Positions 43,985 to 53,259 of a DNA stretch of 64,000 nt are shown one piece after another (the first letter of the stretch is position 1; every line of letters begins with the position of its first letter). The position numbers were made by a program, and so were the translations under genes. The stretch comes from Thermoproteota archaeon (lineage in GTDB: Archaea > Korarchaeota > Korarchaeia > Korarchaeales > Korarchaeaceae): the NCBI GenBank assembly GCA_027491735.1, contig JAOZGP010000006.1, positions 57,066-121,065 of the forward strand, read 5' to 3'. The notes under the pieces are model-generated. The model was not told where the DNA came from and searched no databases. It saw only the letters and a program-made list of their open reading frames with translations.

Positions 43985-44902
43985 TCAGTCGGTAGGTGTC
44001 TTCGGGCCAGGAAGGATGTGGGCAATCGAGAGGACGAGAGCGCTCTTTAAGAAGGCTCTCCACAACTTGAGCTCCTTTCTCCTGGTGGTTATCAGAATAT
44101 CCTTAATCCCTCTGTCTGATCTCTCGTAGCTGAGTCCTCTGATGATAACTACGGGAACTCCCAAGTCCGTTTGTTTCATCAGAAGAGCTGCAGCCGAGCA
44201 GAGCTCATCCACTACTATATCTAGACCTCCGAACTTGGGTCTTCCATAGAGATCCCTGGATCCAAACTCTCTGTCCACAGGGAAGATGCCAGCGGACCCA
44301 ACAGCCACGTCCGCGGAGCCGAACTTACCGTTAGACAGAGAGAACTCTGTGTCAGCCACAACGACGGCCACATCGACACCACACAACCTCTTTATCTGTT
44401 GTCTGAGCTTTTCGGCCATCTGATCAAAATCATGGTCGCAGACGATCGCCTTCCCCTCGGGCAGATTCGAGTAGTCCAGTCCGGCATCGCTTGCTATGAG
44501 CCCCTGGTTGGTCTCAACAAACATGATGGCCTTCACGAGTTCAGCAGCTTTTTCAGCGTTCTCAGGATCCTTGCTCAGTTTGTCGGCATATTCCCTGAGC
44601 TTCTTGGTCTCCGCTATGAACAGGACTTTCCTCGAGTGTCTGAGGACGAGTTCGGTCTCCACAGGATCCTTGCCCGTGAGCTTGCTTATCAACCTGGCCC
44701 TGGGACTTGGTCTCACATTTCTGATGTCTATCATGAGCCCGAGGGACTTCAGAAGCACTTTGGATGTGACCACCACAATGTCTCCGTCTCTAAGTCCTCC
44801 AGCTTTCTCTTCAGCTTTTTCTGCTATGAGCTTGGCTATATCCGTCTTCTCCTCTATCAGAGGCATCTCAAGCCCCACAATCCTGAGCTCCACGTCCCTC
44901 AC
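43985..44902 (-). CDS. cofE: Coenzyme F420-0:L-glutamate ligase-like protein
   Basis: DGDIVVVTSK, AGLDYSN, VVADTE, DLYGR, DELCSAAAL, PVVIIRG. Confidence 0.8.
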   Translation of the reverse strand: MRDVELRIVGLEMPLIEEKTDIAKLIAEKAEEKAGGLRDGDIVVVTSKVLLKSLGLMIDIRNVRPSPRARLISKLTGKDPVETELVLRHSRKVLFIAETKKLREYADKLSKDPENAEKAAELVKAIMFVETNQGLIASDAGLDYSNLPEGKAIVCDHDFDQMAEKLRQQIKRLCGVDVAVVVADTEFSLSNGKFGSADVAVGSAGIFPVDREFGSRDLYGRPKFGGLDIVVDELCSAAALLMKQTDLGVPVVIIRGLSYERSDRGIKDILITTRRKELKLWRAFLKSALVLSIAHILPGPKTPTD

Positions 44903-45004
44903 CCTTAGCTATCGTCACCTCTTCCTAGTCAGCAGAAACGTATAACGTTGCACGACATACGATGACTTTCTGTGACGTCAAAATCTTTATAAAGATGAAG
45001 CAAC

Positions 45005-45163
45005 TGTGAACGCTCCGCTCGGGGATGGTGAAAGTGGAGGCGAGCCCGAAGGAGCTTGACTGAGGACGTGAGGACCTGTTCTCAGAGGGAGTAGCCGATG
45101 AAATCCGATGGAAAGCCCTCCACTACGAACGTTGCTGAGGTTTCAAATGTGGTGAAAAGTCAG
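45005..45163 (+). mobile_element. IS200/IS605-type 3' end remnant
   Basis: GGGATGGTGAAAGTGGAGGCGAGCCCGAAGG...GATGAAATCCGATGGAAAGCCCTCCACTAC...AAGTCA resembles the other tnpB 3' ends; no ORF. Confidence 0.45.
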
Positions 45164-45648
45164 GATGACACATGTGCATAAAAATAATATACTTATGTAT
45201 ATATCATATGCATGCCTTAGATCCTCTCGGGAAGTATATCATAACTCCGAACTCCTGAGAGAGATTCTGTACACCGGCTGAAAAGCAGAGGATCCAGTCT
45301 CTCCGGTTGAAATCCAGGAGCCCAGACGTCCTCACAACCTGGCCCTCGGCGGTCTCAATCCTCCAACACCTCAATTGGATGTGGCACGAATGGATCAGAA
45401 GCGGTACATGAACAAGCCTTCACCCGAGGGCCCAACGAACTGGGCCTTCATGACAGGATTTCTATCGGCACTGCCTGACGCCAATCGCTCCGAGCTCACA
45501 CCGACATCAATCAAGTTTTTAGCTTCACCTCCTCAAAGATGTTGGGCGATGAGCGTGGAGGGGACACCTGATAGGCGATGATCCACCCTCAGGTTTTGAG
45601 CTCACAAATCTTCTCCTTGGCTACTAGTTTGGCTGGGAGGATGCATCT

Positions 45649-46533
45649 TTGAGGTGTGCTCTTTGTGGAAGGAAAGCTGAAGTAAAGCTTGTAAGATATG
45701 GGACCTCAGTCTGTAGATCCTGCTATCCAGAGTTCTTCAGAGGGCGTGTGGAGAAAACTGTTGAGAGGCTGAGGATGTTCTCCAAGGACGATCCGGTGTG
45801 CGTTGCCCTCTCCGGAGGGAAGGATAGCTTATCACTCTTACATGCTCTTCACCTACTCGGGTACAAGGCAAAGGCGATTTTCATCGATCTGGGGATATCT
45901 GGATACTCCGAGGGGAGCAGAAAGGTTTGTGAAAAGCTATGCTCTGATCTGAACGTTGATCTACACGTATACGAGCTGAGGAGAGAGAGGGGCCTGACAC
46001 TCTCCGAGGTATCGAGGAAGGTGAGAAGGCCACCCTGCTCGATATGCGGGGCCGTCAAAAGACAGGCCACCAACAGGATGGCCAGGGAGCTTGGATGTAC
46101 TGTGCTGGCCACAGGACATAATCTGGACGATGAGGTGGCCTTCCTGTTCTCGAACCTCTTGAATTGGAACCTGAACTACCTAGCGAGGCAGGGACCTGTG
46201 TCGGAGGCTAAGTTCAAAATGGTCAAGAAGGTAAAGCCGCTCTGCTTTCTGACAGATGAGGAAGTACGGATATACGCCGAAATAGTTGGGTTAGAGGTGT
46301 TTGAGGGCAGATGTCCCTTGGAGGGAAAGGCCCCTCTCCACTTCTACAAGAGGATCTGGAACGAGCTCGAAGGGATGAGACCGGATGTGAAGTCCAGCTT
46401 CTACAAAGGATTTCTCAGGAAGCTTAAACCTCTACTATCAGTCGACGAGGGAGAACTCAGAAGCTGCAAAATCTGTGGCGAGCCCACGAGCAGAGACGTG
46501 TGTTCCGTGTGTTCAGCCTTTATGAAGGTGTAG
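45649..46533 (+). CDS. ttuA: tRNA 2-thiolation enzyme, TtuA/Ncs6 family
   Basis: N- and C-terminal Zn fingers, PP-loop SGGKDS, PCSICG, GHNLDD, CP. Confidence 0.9.
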   Translation: MRCALCGRKAEVKLVRYGTSVCRSCYPEFFRGRVEKTVERLRMFSKDDPVCVALSGGKDSLSLLHALHLLGYKAKAIFIDLGISGYSEGSRKVCEKLCSDLNVDLHVYELRRERGLTLSEVSRKVRRPPCSICGAVKRQATNRMARELGCTVLATGHNLDDEVAFLFSNLLNWNLNYLARQGPVSEAKFKMVKKVKPLCFLTDEEVRIYAEIVGLEVFEGRCPLEGKAPLHFYKRIWNELEGMRPDVKSSFYKGFLRKLKPLLSVDEGELRSCKICGEPTSRDVCSVCSAFMKV

Positions 46534-46702
46534 AAAATAACTTGTGCTATAATGAACTGTATTAATATAATAATGTAGAAGCGATTAAAGATATATACTT
46601 ACGCTAGTAGATTTCAAAATATAGAAAGATCGGGAAGAAACCATCAAGAGGATCTAACCAGATGCGACCTCTATAGTTCCCAGGGCAAGATTTTGACATA
46701 GA

Positions 46703-47845
46703 CTAAACTGTGATGGTGTCTCTGGAACTTTCCGCTAGACCAAGATCGTCCGGGATAAGCCAGCCACTCTTCTTATCATATAACTCAGGATCAATATATT
46801 GGACGTAGATATGCTCTCTATCGACATGATGAAAGGAAAAGCTGCTGACAACTCCTTCTGAGCAGAGTTTCGACATCAATTCTAAAAATTTCTGTACATC
46901 CATACAGTGAAACTCGATTAATGCTAATACGCTATTCTTTCCAATTTGTTTTGATATACTATGGAGATAGGGAGTTTTAGATAGAGCGTAGGAGAAGCGC
47001 TCTGTAGTCTCAGTATCTGGAAAGTTAACTTTAACAAAGAAGATTTCAGATGCAGAAGGCGGATACCGTGGGAAGTATATGTAATAGCTTCTTATCAGCC
47101 GTTTTTTGATAACATGCTTATCAAAATGATATTTCAGTCCTGCTGGACTAATTCCTATCTTAGCTGCTATCTTAGACATCGAGAGCGCAGCATCTCTACT
47201 TAGTTCAGCCAATAACTTAAGATCTATTTTGTCCAAGCCTTTGTTGTCTTGCTTTTCAACGAGCTTAAGCCTTCCTTCATTCATTAAATCCTTAATTTTA
47301 TGTATATCAAATTTCCAAGGATTAAACTTTAAGCTCAGCTTAGAAAAATCAATCTGAGGCGTATAAGATTCACAGTATCTTTCAACAACATACGTACTGC
47401 TTGAATCTTCTCTTTGCAGAACTGCCTCAACGACTTCATCTAGTACATCCCGTTTCTCTGATGGAACTAGCATCTGGACGAACATATTGTAGATATTACC
47501 ATAAACCCTGTAAGTCTTAGCAGGAACTTTTAGGCCAGTGAAGATATCTTCTAGATGACTTATCTTTCTGTAATCTACCTTAATTCCCACAAAATTATTT
47601 GTCAGCCCTATCGACGTGATGGACGGCAAAGCCCTCACGACAATTTTAACATTCTCACGTAGTATTTTAAATCTGTAATATATTTTTTTAGAATTCTCTT
47701 TCAACATACGAGATATTGTAAAGAGGTTTCCTGGACCGTACTTATAGATTAAGGAGAGCAATCTCACATTCAGGGGATCGAGAAGCTTTTCTACTTTTTT
47801 ATAGTATTCTATAACCTCAACTGGTAGTTCGATATAACAGCTCAT
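46703..47845 (-). CDS. Tandem Lrp/AsnC-like wHTH transcriptional regulator
   Basis: Two HTH-plus-ferredoxin-like units: LDPLNVRLL...ISRMLK...IYYRF and LDKIDLKLLAELSRDA...IAAKIGISPAGLKYH. Confidence 0.8.
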   Translation of the reverse strand: MSCYIELPVEVIEYYKKVEKLLDPLNVRLLSLIYKYGPGNLFTISRMLKENSKKIYYRFKILRENVKIVVRALPSITSIGLTNNFVGIKVDYRKISHLEDIFTGLKVPAKTYRVYGNIYNMFVQMLVPSEKRDVLDEVVEAVLQREDSSSTYVVERYCESYTPQIDFSKLSLKFNPWKFDIHKIKDLMNEGRLKLVEKQDNKGLDKIDLKLLAELSRDAALSMSKIAAKIGISPAGLKYHFDKHVIKKRLIRSYYIYFPRYPPSASEIFFVKVNFPDTETTERFSYALSKTPYLHSISKQIGKNSVLALIEFHCMDVQKFLELMSKLCSEGVVSSFSFHHVDREHIYVQYIDPELYDKKSGWLIPDDLGLAESSRDTITV

Positions 47846-47947
47846 TGATAGCCCTCCAGGTTCTAGGTTTACGCCTTCACTAATGATGCTTTTTAATTTT
47901 TTCCAAAAATGTACTAAACATTCAAGGAAAAATTTAAAAGCTCAATC

Positions 47948-47965
47948 CTCCCAAAATTTTGGGAG
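47948..47965. promoter_or_regulatory. Perfect 18-bp palindrome between TATA and peptide start (putative operator)
   Basis: CTCCCAAAATTTTGGGAG; TTTAAAA at 47933-47939; ATG at 47971. Confidence 0.65.
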
Positions 47966-47970
47966 AAATC

Positions 47971-48153
47971 ATGAAGAAGATCCTGGTACTCCTGTCCGCC
48001 TGTATTGTAATCCTGTTATTGGCTGTTATTGTGCCGTCGCACTCCTCTGCTCCTGTCTTCAAGGAGAAAGCTCAGGACCCCGGACCAATAGGATCGCACT
48101 CCTCTGCTCCTGTCTTCAAGGAGAAAGCTCAGGACCCCGGACCAATAGGATGA
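47971..48153 (+). CDS. 60-aa secreted prepeptide with two identical 19-aa units
   Basis: MKK plus a hydrophobic signal stretch, then (SHSSAPVFKEKAQDPGPIG)x2; GGGAG SD and TATA upstream. Confidence 0.75.
   Translation: MKKILVLLSACIVILLLAVIVPSHSSAPVFKEKAQDPGPIGSHSSAPVFKEKAQDPGPIG
48037..48150 (+). repeat. Perfect 57-bp tandem duplication
   Basis: TCGCACTCC...CCAATAGGA at 48037-48093 and 48094-48150. Confidence 0.97.
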
Positions 48154-48198
48154 ATAATGCTTTAGATCACATGTTAACGTATTGAGGAGGTGTCTCGT

Positions 48199-48339
48199 AT
48201 GGATGACAACAAGAAGGGGCATGAGAAGAAGAAATCCAGGGACCCAACGCCTTTCAAGCTTCCAAGGGAGGTTCTCCAGCTCTACTACAAATTCGCTATG
48301 ACGGAGGGCATAAGGCTTCAGGAATGTCCAGACTTATAG
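48199..48339 (+). CDS. 46-aa small protein (below the ORF-track cutoff)
   Basis: SD GGAGGTG at 48186-48192; MDDNKKGHEKKKSRDPTPFKLPREVLQLYYKFAMTEGIRLQECPDL*; oligo-T tract follows. Confidence 0.7.
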   Translation: MDDNKKGHEKKKSRDPTPFKLPREVLQLYYKFAMTEGIRLQECPDL

Positions 48340-48370
48340 ATTATTTTTTACTTTTTATATTATTTTATAT
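48340..48370 (+). terminator. Oligo-T archaeal terminator
   Basis: ATTATTTTTTACTTTTTATATTATTTT directly after the small ORF stop. Confidence 0.55.
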
Positions 48371-48374
48371 TACA

Positions 48375-49072
48375 TTAGATCATCCTTGCCTCCAGAAAAC
48401 CTTTCATGAGGTTTAGTGCATCCACTCCTATCAATTCGTGATATCCTCCCTCGAGGACAAAAAAGGTGCTCCTGTCTAGATAACCTATGATCCTTCCTAT
48501 TCTCTTATAGCTTCTGGAGGTGAGCCCCAGCGAGGCAAGATCCCCTTTGTGAGCATTAATTTCTGGGTCGGCGCCCTAACAGCCCTAGTTGCCTGGGCGG
48601 TAGGGGCTGAGGCAGGCATCGAACCCGTGACGACCGTCTTCACCGCTATGGCTTCAGCCGTTTTCTCCGCCGCGTTCATGGTTCCCGCAACCACCTGGTT
48701 AGCATTCACGGCCTTCAGGAAGGGCTTAGATCCTGACAACCTGGTCGCTCCGATAGCGACACTCTTCGGCGACATGGTCACAGTCCCGACAATCATAGCT
48801 ATCTCATATATCCCAGGATATGTTGGGTCATATATCCCAGGATATGTTGGGGTTTCCGGATCCCATTCCCTTCCCTCGGCCAAAGCCTTCAGGTACTCCT
48901 TGGCGTGAACCTCCTTTAGAAGATCCTCCGGAGCAGGATCCGGATTCACAAATTCGAATCCAGCAGATCTCAAGGATTCAATGATCCTGATGACCCTCAG
49001 AGGGTTTTCTATGTGATTTCTTCCGTACTCGAGGCATCTCTCGGAGAACACAACTTTCACACAGATCCCCAT
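48375..49072 (-). pseudogene. Histone deacetylase-family gene whose core is replaced by an inverted MgtE-like fragment
   Basis: N-terminal HIENPLRV...EVHAKEY (48800-49072) and C-terminal FFVLEGGY (48375-48520). The + strand in between reads RKGLDPDNLVAPIATLFGD (MgtE/SLC41). A 24-bp tandem duplication lies at 48804-48851. Confidence 0.75.
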
Positions 49073-49114
49073 AGAACCTCCCAAGTCTTTATCTATAACT
49101 GTGCTCAAGTCCTC

Positions 49115-50443
49115 ATGATAACCAAGGGATTCTCCATGACCGTGGCCGATGTGCTAGCTCTGATGCTCTTGGCTGGAATGGCAGTGTGGGTGTTCTACAA
49201 TGTGATTGTGATGATCAAGTCCAGGGGAAAGAGGATCCCTTCTGGCAGAGATCCGCCTCCTGAGGATCACTTTATATCCCTGATCATACCGATGAAAGAT
49301 GAGGAAAGCGTTGCTGAGCGTGTTCTCCAGACCTTGATTAATCTTGACTACGACCGATATGAGATCGTGGTGGTCGAGGACGGCTCCACTGATAGAACTC
49401 CTGAGATATGTGAGAGATTTGCTAGGAGGTACCCGGGGCTTGTGAGATACGTAAAAGGTAACAAATCGATGGGAAAGCCTGCCGCACTGAACCTAGCTAT
49501 GAAGCAGGCAAGAGGGGATATTATAGGAATTCTAGATGCTGATAGTGTACCTCCGAAGGATCTCCTCAGGAGGGTAGTTGAAGCTCTGGTCCCAGGAGTG
49601 GACGCCGTTCAGGGATGGACTCACGTGCTCAACGAGGACGAGAACCTCCTCACCAAGCTTCAGTCTTATGAGGAGGAGGCGAGGTTCAGATCATACCAGA
49701 GCCGGAGGAAGTTGGGTCTCTTCACACCGCTCACAGGAAGCTGTCAATTCATAAGGAGGGGGGTGATCGAGTCCTTAGGAGGATGGGATGAGAACGCCCT
49801 TGCTGAGGATGCAGAAATCTCCCTGAGGCTTCTGAACATAAACGCTAGGGTGGAACATTCTCCCTTTGTCGAGACATGGGAGGAGGTCCCGAGCTCCATC
49901 AGGAAGCTGTTCAAGCAGAGAGTGAGGTGGTTCAGGGGATGGGTGGAGCTCGTTCCGCAAGCTCTCAAGAGGCTGTTGTCTAGAAGGGATCTGATCTCGC
50001 TGGATGCTCTGATGGTTCTATCCACACCGGCAGAGCTGGCTTATCTTTTCTTGGTCGTTGTCCTCGGAGCTATTTTCTTCATCATTCCAATGCCCTTCAT
50101 ATCAGAGGCCGTGAGGTTAGCTTATAAGGCGACGTCTCTTATCTTCCTGGCTCTGATGACTCTCCTAGGAACTTTGCTCACAGTGCTCATCCGGATTCCA
50201 GGCAAGATTTTATGGATTCCAGCTATCTACCTCTATTGGGGAGTTCAGAGTACTGCTGCTCTCTTGGCGGTACTTCAGTCAGTGTTCAGGTGGCCGAAGA
50301 AGTGGGAGAAAACTCCTAAGACCGGAAGAACTACTCTGGGATCTGTTCCACGGGATTTCACCCTCAAAGCAATTGGAGGAGAATCGAGAGGTCTGGAAGC
50401 TGAGGAGGGACCTCGTTCGGGCCCATCCCAGAGTATTACATAA
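49115..50443 (+). CDS. Membrane GT2 processive glycosyltransferase
   Basis: EDGSTD, GKPAALN, DAD, AED, QRVRW; TM helices; WEKTPK. Confidence 0.92.
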   Translation: MITKGFSMTVADVLALMLLAGMAVWVFYNVIVMIKSRGKRIPSGRDPPPEDHFISLIIPMKDEESVAERVLQTLINLDYDRYEIVVVEDGSTDRTPEICERFARRYPGLVRYVKGNKSMGKPAALNLAMKQARGDIIGILDADSVPPKDLLRRVVEALVPGVDAVQGWTHVLNEDENLLTKLQSYEEEARFRSYQSRRKLGLFTPLTGSCQFIRRGVIESLGGWDENALAEDAEISLRLLNINARVEHSPFVETWEEVPSSIRKLFKQRVRWFRGWVELVPQALKRLLSRRDLISLDALMVLSTPAELAYLFLVVVLGAIFFIIPMPFISEAVRLAYKATSLIFLALMTLLGTLLTVLIRIPGKILWIPAIYLYWGVQSTAALLAVLQSVFRWPKKWEKTPKTGRTTLGSVPRDFTLKAIGGESRGLEAEEGPRSGPSQSIT

Positions 50444-50678
50444 CTCTAGAGTAATGCTTCTTCAAGGCTGCGGGAAGCGTTGTGGAACGTAAATACACCC
50501 GAGAAGAGACTCCTAAGCCTCCAGTTTCAATCGTGAGGACGGATGGAGCGGGAACTTATACACTTCAGTGCGGAATAGCTCTTTCGGGAGCTAATTTGAA
50601 CATACCGACATGTCCTGATCAAAACGGCTCCTTAAGCGGAACGATAACGTTAATTTTCAGCAGGTTCACTATCCACTG

Positions 50679-51251
50679 ATGGACGCGCTGGAAGCAATTC
50701 TCAGGAGAAGGAGCATAAGAAGATATCAAGATCGTCCGGTAGAGGAGGAGAAGATCGGGAGAATACTTCTCGCAGCAGTCCATGCCCCATCGGCTGGAGA
50801 TGTGAGATGCTGGAGGTTCATCGTGGTCAGGAATCGAGACAAGAAGGAGGCGATCTACAGGGCAGCGCTTAGACAGCCCCAGGTGCTTCAGGCTCCAGTT
50901 CTGGTGGTCGTGGCCGCTGATCTCGAGGCCATACGCAGGGCTTACGGGAGAAGAGGAGTGAATCTCTACTCCATACAGGATGCCGCAGCTGCTACAGAGA
51001 ACATGCTTATAGCTGCCACATCTCTCGGATTGGGAACCTGCTGGATAGGTGCCTTCAGCGAGGGTGAGGTCAGCAAGATCGTGGGCCTTCCTCCCCAGGT
51101 GAGGCCTTTGGCCATTGTCACGATAGGTTATCCAGCTGAGACCCCCACGAAGAAGGTGGTTAGGCCGGAGGATCACTGCTTCTCTGAGGTCTACGGTCGG
51201 AGGTACGAATTCTCTCAACGAGCTTCTTCACGCACTCATCAGCATTCCTGA
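50679..51251 (+). CDS. Nitroreductase-family flavoprotein
   Basis: RRSIRRY, APSAG, ENMLIAATSLGLGTCWIG, IGYP. Confidence 0.95.
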   Translation: MDALEAILRRRSIRRYQDRPVEEEKIGRILLAAVHAPSAGDVRCWRFIVVRNRDKKEAIYRAALRQPQVLQAPVLVVVAADLEAIRRAYGRRGVNLYSIQDAAAATENMLIAATSLGLGTCWIGAFSEGEVSKIVGLPPQVRPLAIVTIGYPAETPTKKVVRPEDHCFSEVYGRRYEFSQRASSRTHQHS

Positions 51252-51525
51252 CCAGCTGCCTTATCTCCTCCTCTGAAGCGTTATCTACGTGAATCCCGCA
51301 TATCACACAGGCAGTTATGCCGAGCTCCCTATTTATCCTCTGGACGGCCGAATCGGAGACCACGAAATCCATGTGTTCACCTCTCCTTGCTGTGTAGAGC
51401 TTTCCATCGCATATGGAGGCCGAACCAACATGCTCTCTCCCACCTCCTATGAACACTATGAGGTCCTCTCCTGCAAACTTCCACCAGAGGCGGATCCTGA
51501 GTCTTCCAGATCCAGACGAGATCAT
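51160..51525 (-). CDS. LpdD-like small protein
   Basis: GEDL...GGGREHVGS, GEH, GIHVDNASEEEI pattern. Confidence 0.6.
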   Translation of the reverse strand: MISSGSGRLRIRLWWKFAGEDLIVFIGGGREHVGSASICDGKLYTARRGEHMDFVVSDSAVQRINRELGITACVICGIHVDNASEEEIRQLVRNADECVKKLVERIRTSDRRPQRSSDPPA

Positions 51526-51584
51526 TTCGACGACCTCCCGCCTGAAAGACTGCTCGTGAACTTTAAGTTGATCTCTGCTCGGCA

Positions 51585-51790
51585 GGCTTACTGCCTCGGA
51601 GCAGGTTGATGAAATGCAAAAACTGTGGCTTAGCTGAGGATCGAGACGTCATCGTTGTCCTGAACATTTGAATGTGGGGCTCTGGGGTTACCCCAAATGA
51701 GGGCGAACCTCAAATGAGGGTGGTGCGTCCTAAGGTCTACGTAGGTCTATCAAGACCTATGTAGGCTGAACCCCCTGAACCCCATAAACC
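51585..51790 (+). mobile_element. tnpB C-terminal remnant with 3' hairpin
   Basis: RLMKCKNCGLAEDRDVIVVLNI*MWGSGVTP (Zn ribbon plus RuvC-III DRD). Hairpin CTACGTAGGTCT-ATCA-AGACCTATGTAG at 51737-51764. Confidence 0.78.
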
Positions 51791-51893
51791 GGTAGACCTC
51801 ATTCGAATCTTGTGGGATCTTGAAGAGCGGATGACATCTGGTACATCTCCTAGTGAGCGAGGGAAGGAAGATCTTTGCGTCTGCTCGATATCA

Positions 51894-52910
51894 CTAGGAG
51901 TAGACTCTCATGTATTTCCAAACGACCACGTCCCAGCTGTAATTCTCCTCCACGATCCTCCTCCCAGCAGCTCCAAACATTCTCGCCAGCTCCCTATCTT
52001 CCAAAATTAAAGAGATCTTCTCGCCAAGATCCTCTGGATCATCAGGGTTTGCTAGGAAACCATTTTCTCCGTCTGAAACAAGCTCAGAGTTCCCTCCCAC
52101 CCTGGTAGCAACTACAGGGATCTCGCACGCCATCGCCTCGAGGAGAGAGGTGCTGAGACCCTCATACCTGGAGGGAAGGACGAAAACATCTGACCCTCTT
52201 ACCACCTCAAGCGCCTCTCTTCTTGGAAGAGATCCCAAAAACCTCGTATTCTCTGGGGCAATTTCCTTCAAGTGATTTCTCTCAGGACCATCTCCCACAA
52301 TCACCAGGGTACATCTCACCCCCTGGGTTTTCAACCTCCTCACAGCCCTCAAGAGGACATCGATTCCCTTCTCTCTTGACAGCCTTCCCACGAAGACCAC
52401 CTGGTTGTCCCCAAACCTTCTCCCTTCATTCGGAATTATCGATAGGTCTATCGCGTTGGGTATATGGAGGACCTCCCTCCCAAGCCTTTTGGTGTAGTAC
52501 TCAGCTGCAGTCCTGGAGACGGCAGTCACAACATCTGCCCTCCTGAACGCGATCTCCTCGAACCTCTGAGATGTCCTTCCGATGATCCCACCGTGTAGAA
52601 TTCCGATCGATCTCGAATATATCCCGTGAAGGGTGAGAACCCTCCTTTCGGCTCTGGCGGAGAGCAGCACGAGGGAGTTAAGCCCCCCATGTACGTGGAC
52701 CACGTCGTATCTACTTCTTAAAGCCTTGAGGGCAGATATCAGAGCGAACGAGAGGTTCTTTAGCCTTCTAACGTTCACATAGGGAGTATTCTCCGTGGAC
52801 AGAATATCAACATCCTCTCCCAAATCTCTCAGTCTTCTGGTGAGCTCTGAGACATGTTGAGCTATTCCGCCTATTCCTGAGGTTCTCGAAGCTACTAGAA
52901 GGATCCTCAT
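51894..52910 (-). CDS. GT4 glycosyltransferase
   Basis: GGIAQH, FVGRLSREKG, PSRYEGLSTSLLEAMA. Confidence 0.95.
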   Translation of the reverse strand: MRILLVASRTSGIGGIAQHVSELTRRLRDLGEDVDILSTENTPYVNVRRLKNLSFALISALKALRSRYDVVHVHGGLNSLVLLSARAERRVLTLHGIYSRSIGILHGGIIGRTSQRFEEIAFRRADVVTAVSRTAAEYYTKRLGREVLHIPNAIDLSIIPNEGRRFGDNQVVFVGRLSREKGIDVLLRAVRRLKTQGVRCTLVIVGDGPERNHLKEIAPENTRFLGSLPRREALEVVRGSDVFVLPSRYEGLSTSLLEAMACEIPVVATRVGGNSELVSDGENGFLANPDDPEDLGEKISLILEDRELARMFGAAGRRIVEENYSWDVVVWKYMRVYS

Positions 52911-53259
52911 CGCAGTCTCCTGTGCAACCTCTCTGCAAGCTTTAAATTGTTCAGTAAAAGCTAAAATGGGTTAGCCATGTTAAAGTTAGAAATACTATAT
53001 TTTATCTTCATACCCCTTCGCCAATACATCCGTGTATGCTTTCGGAGGCAACATCTATACTCTAACTTTATATCATACTCTTAAATGGAGGTATGGTGCA
53101 GAGAGCTGCTTGGAACCTGGTACTGAAATGAACGAGCTCATGGATGAGCCCTCAGGCATCTAATCGCCCACATAATGGAGAAAACACAGATTATATGATC
53201 TTAAATCTTAACTAGCGATGTTAAGTTCCAGGCAAAGTCCTCTACAAAACCTTCGGTGT

